Below are positions 56,980 through 57,340 of a DNA stretch of 57,340 bases, piece by piece. How positions within the stretch are numbered: the stretch's first letter is position 1; each line of letters begins with the position of its first letter. A program made the translations under genes and the position numbers. The notes under the pieces were generated by a model. The model worked only from the letters and a program-made list of their open reading frames with translations. It ran no database searches and was not told the origin of the DNA. The DNA is from a virus (Duplodnaviria; Caudoviricetes): IMG/VR virus record IMGVR_UViG_3300012001_000138, positions 1 to 57,340 of that record. The stretch is one strand, 5' to 3'.

Positions 56980-57110
56980 GGTGATACTCCCTTGCTGGTT
57001 GGTGGTACTGGTGGTTGAAATGTAACACCGCAACACCACGGGGACCAACCTTTCGGGCAAAAGAATGTCCGGGCCCCGCTGCTGGAGTCCGGACGGTCCT
57101 GTTTCTTTGG

Positions 57111-57266
57111 TTACGCGGCCAACATGCACGTCTGTTGGAACGTTGGCGTGTGGAGCTGGAGTTTGAGCGGCTGGAACTCCATGAATTGTCCCGGGCCGCG
57201 TGAGGCCCTCATGTAGACGCTGAGGAGGTGGGGGGTGACGCCGAGGTGCTGCGCGATGGCCTCTAC
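57111..57266 (-). CDS. immA: Probable C-terminal part of ImmA (continuation of 361-641 across the circle)
   Basis: Own translation VEAIAQHLGVTPHLLSVYMRAS...QQTCMLAA*; IAQHLGVT fits the C-terminal HTH-like segment of ImmA; begins at a C-run. Confidence 0.7.
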   Translation of the reverse strand, partial: VEAIAQHLGVTPHLLSVYMRASRGPGQFMEFQPLKLQLHTPTFQQTCMLAA

Positions 57267-57340
57267 CCCCCCCCCCCCCCTTTTTTGTGTGGGGCGTTCG
57301 AGGGGTCTGGGGGGGGGGGGTTTTTGGGGGGGCCCCTTTT

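Noticed and set aside
57281-57340. T/G/C low-complexity tail as a terminal repeat or telomere
   Set aside because: Looks like read decay after a homopolymer.

Overview
This window is an essentially complete ~57 kb temperate siphovirus genome from a high-GC actinobacterial host. A Micrococcaceae/Arthrobacter-like host is inferred from gene content and the GH25-LysM lysin with no recognisable lysin B. The contig appears to be a circle opened inside immA at a G/C homopolymer: the ImmA N-terminus reads from 641 down to 361 and a matching C-terminus reads from 57266 down to 57111. Bases 1-340 (a cysQ-like fragment) and 57281-57340 look like chimeric or low-quality ends. Gene order: immA/repressor switch; xis; ATPase, exonuclease, RecT-like, SSB, Rep, ori-like region and RusA; about 35 small accessory genes including three lipoproteins; a Zn-finger/HTH regulator; a structured tRNA-like RNA region; a ParB + DpdA/TGT-like + QueC/QueD/QueE/FolE 7-deazaguanine cluster; a leftward DUF932 cassette; terminase; a portal-NUDIX-MuF fusion; head and tail genes; lysis; an SGNH module; HNH; a Xer-like recombinase; an intact tRNA-Gly-type attP; and the integrase. 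The most notable leads are a possible phase-variable poly-G tract in the anti-repressor, aberrant tRNA-like RNAs just upstream of the deazaguanine operon, a NUDIX domain inside the portal protein, a protamine-like protein with no acidic residues, twin HTH cassettes sharing a 16-bp promoter motif, and many ssrA-like C-termini. All annotations come from motif recognition by eye; no database searches were run.
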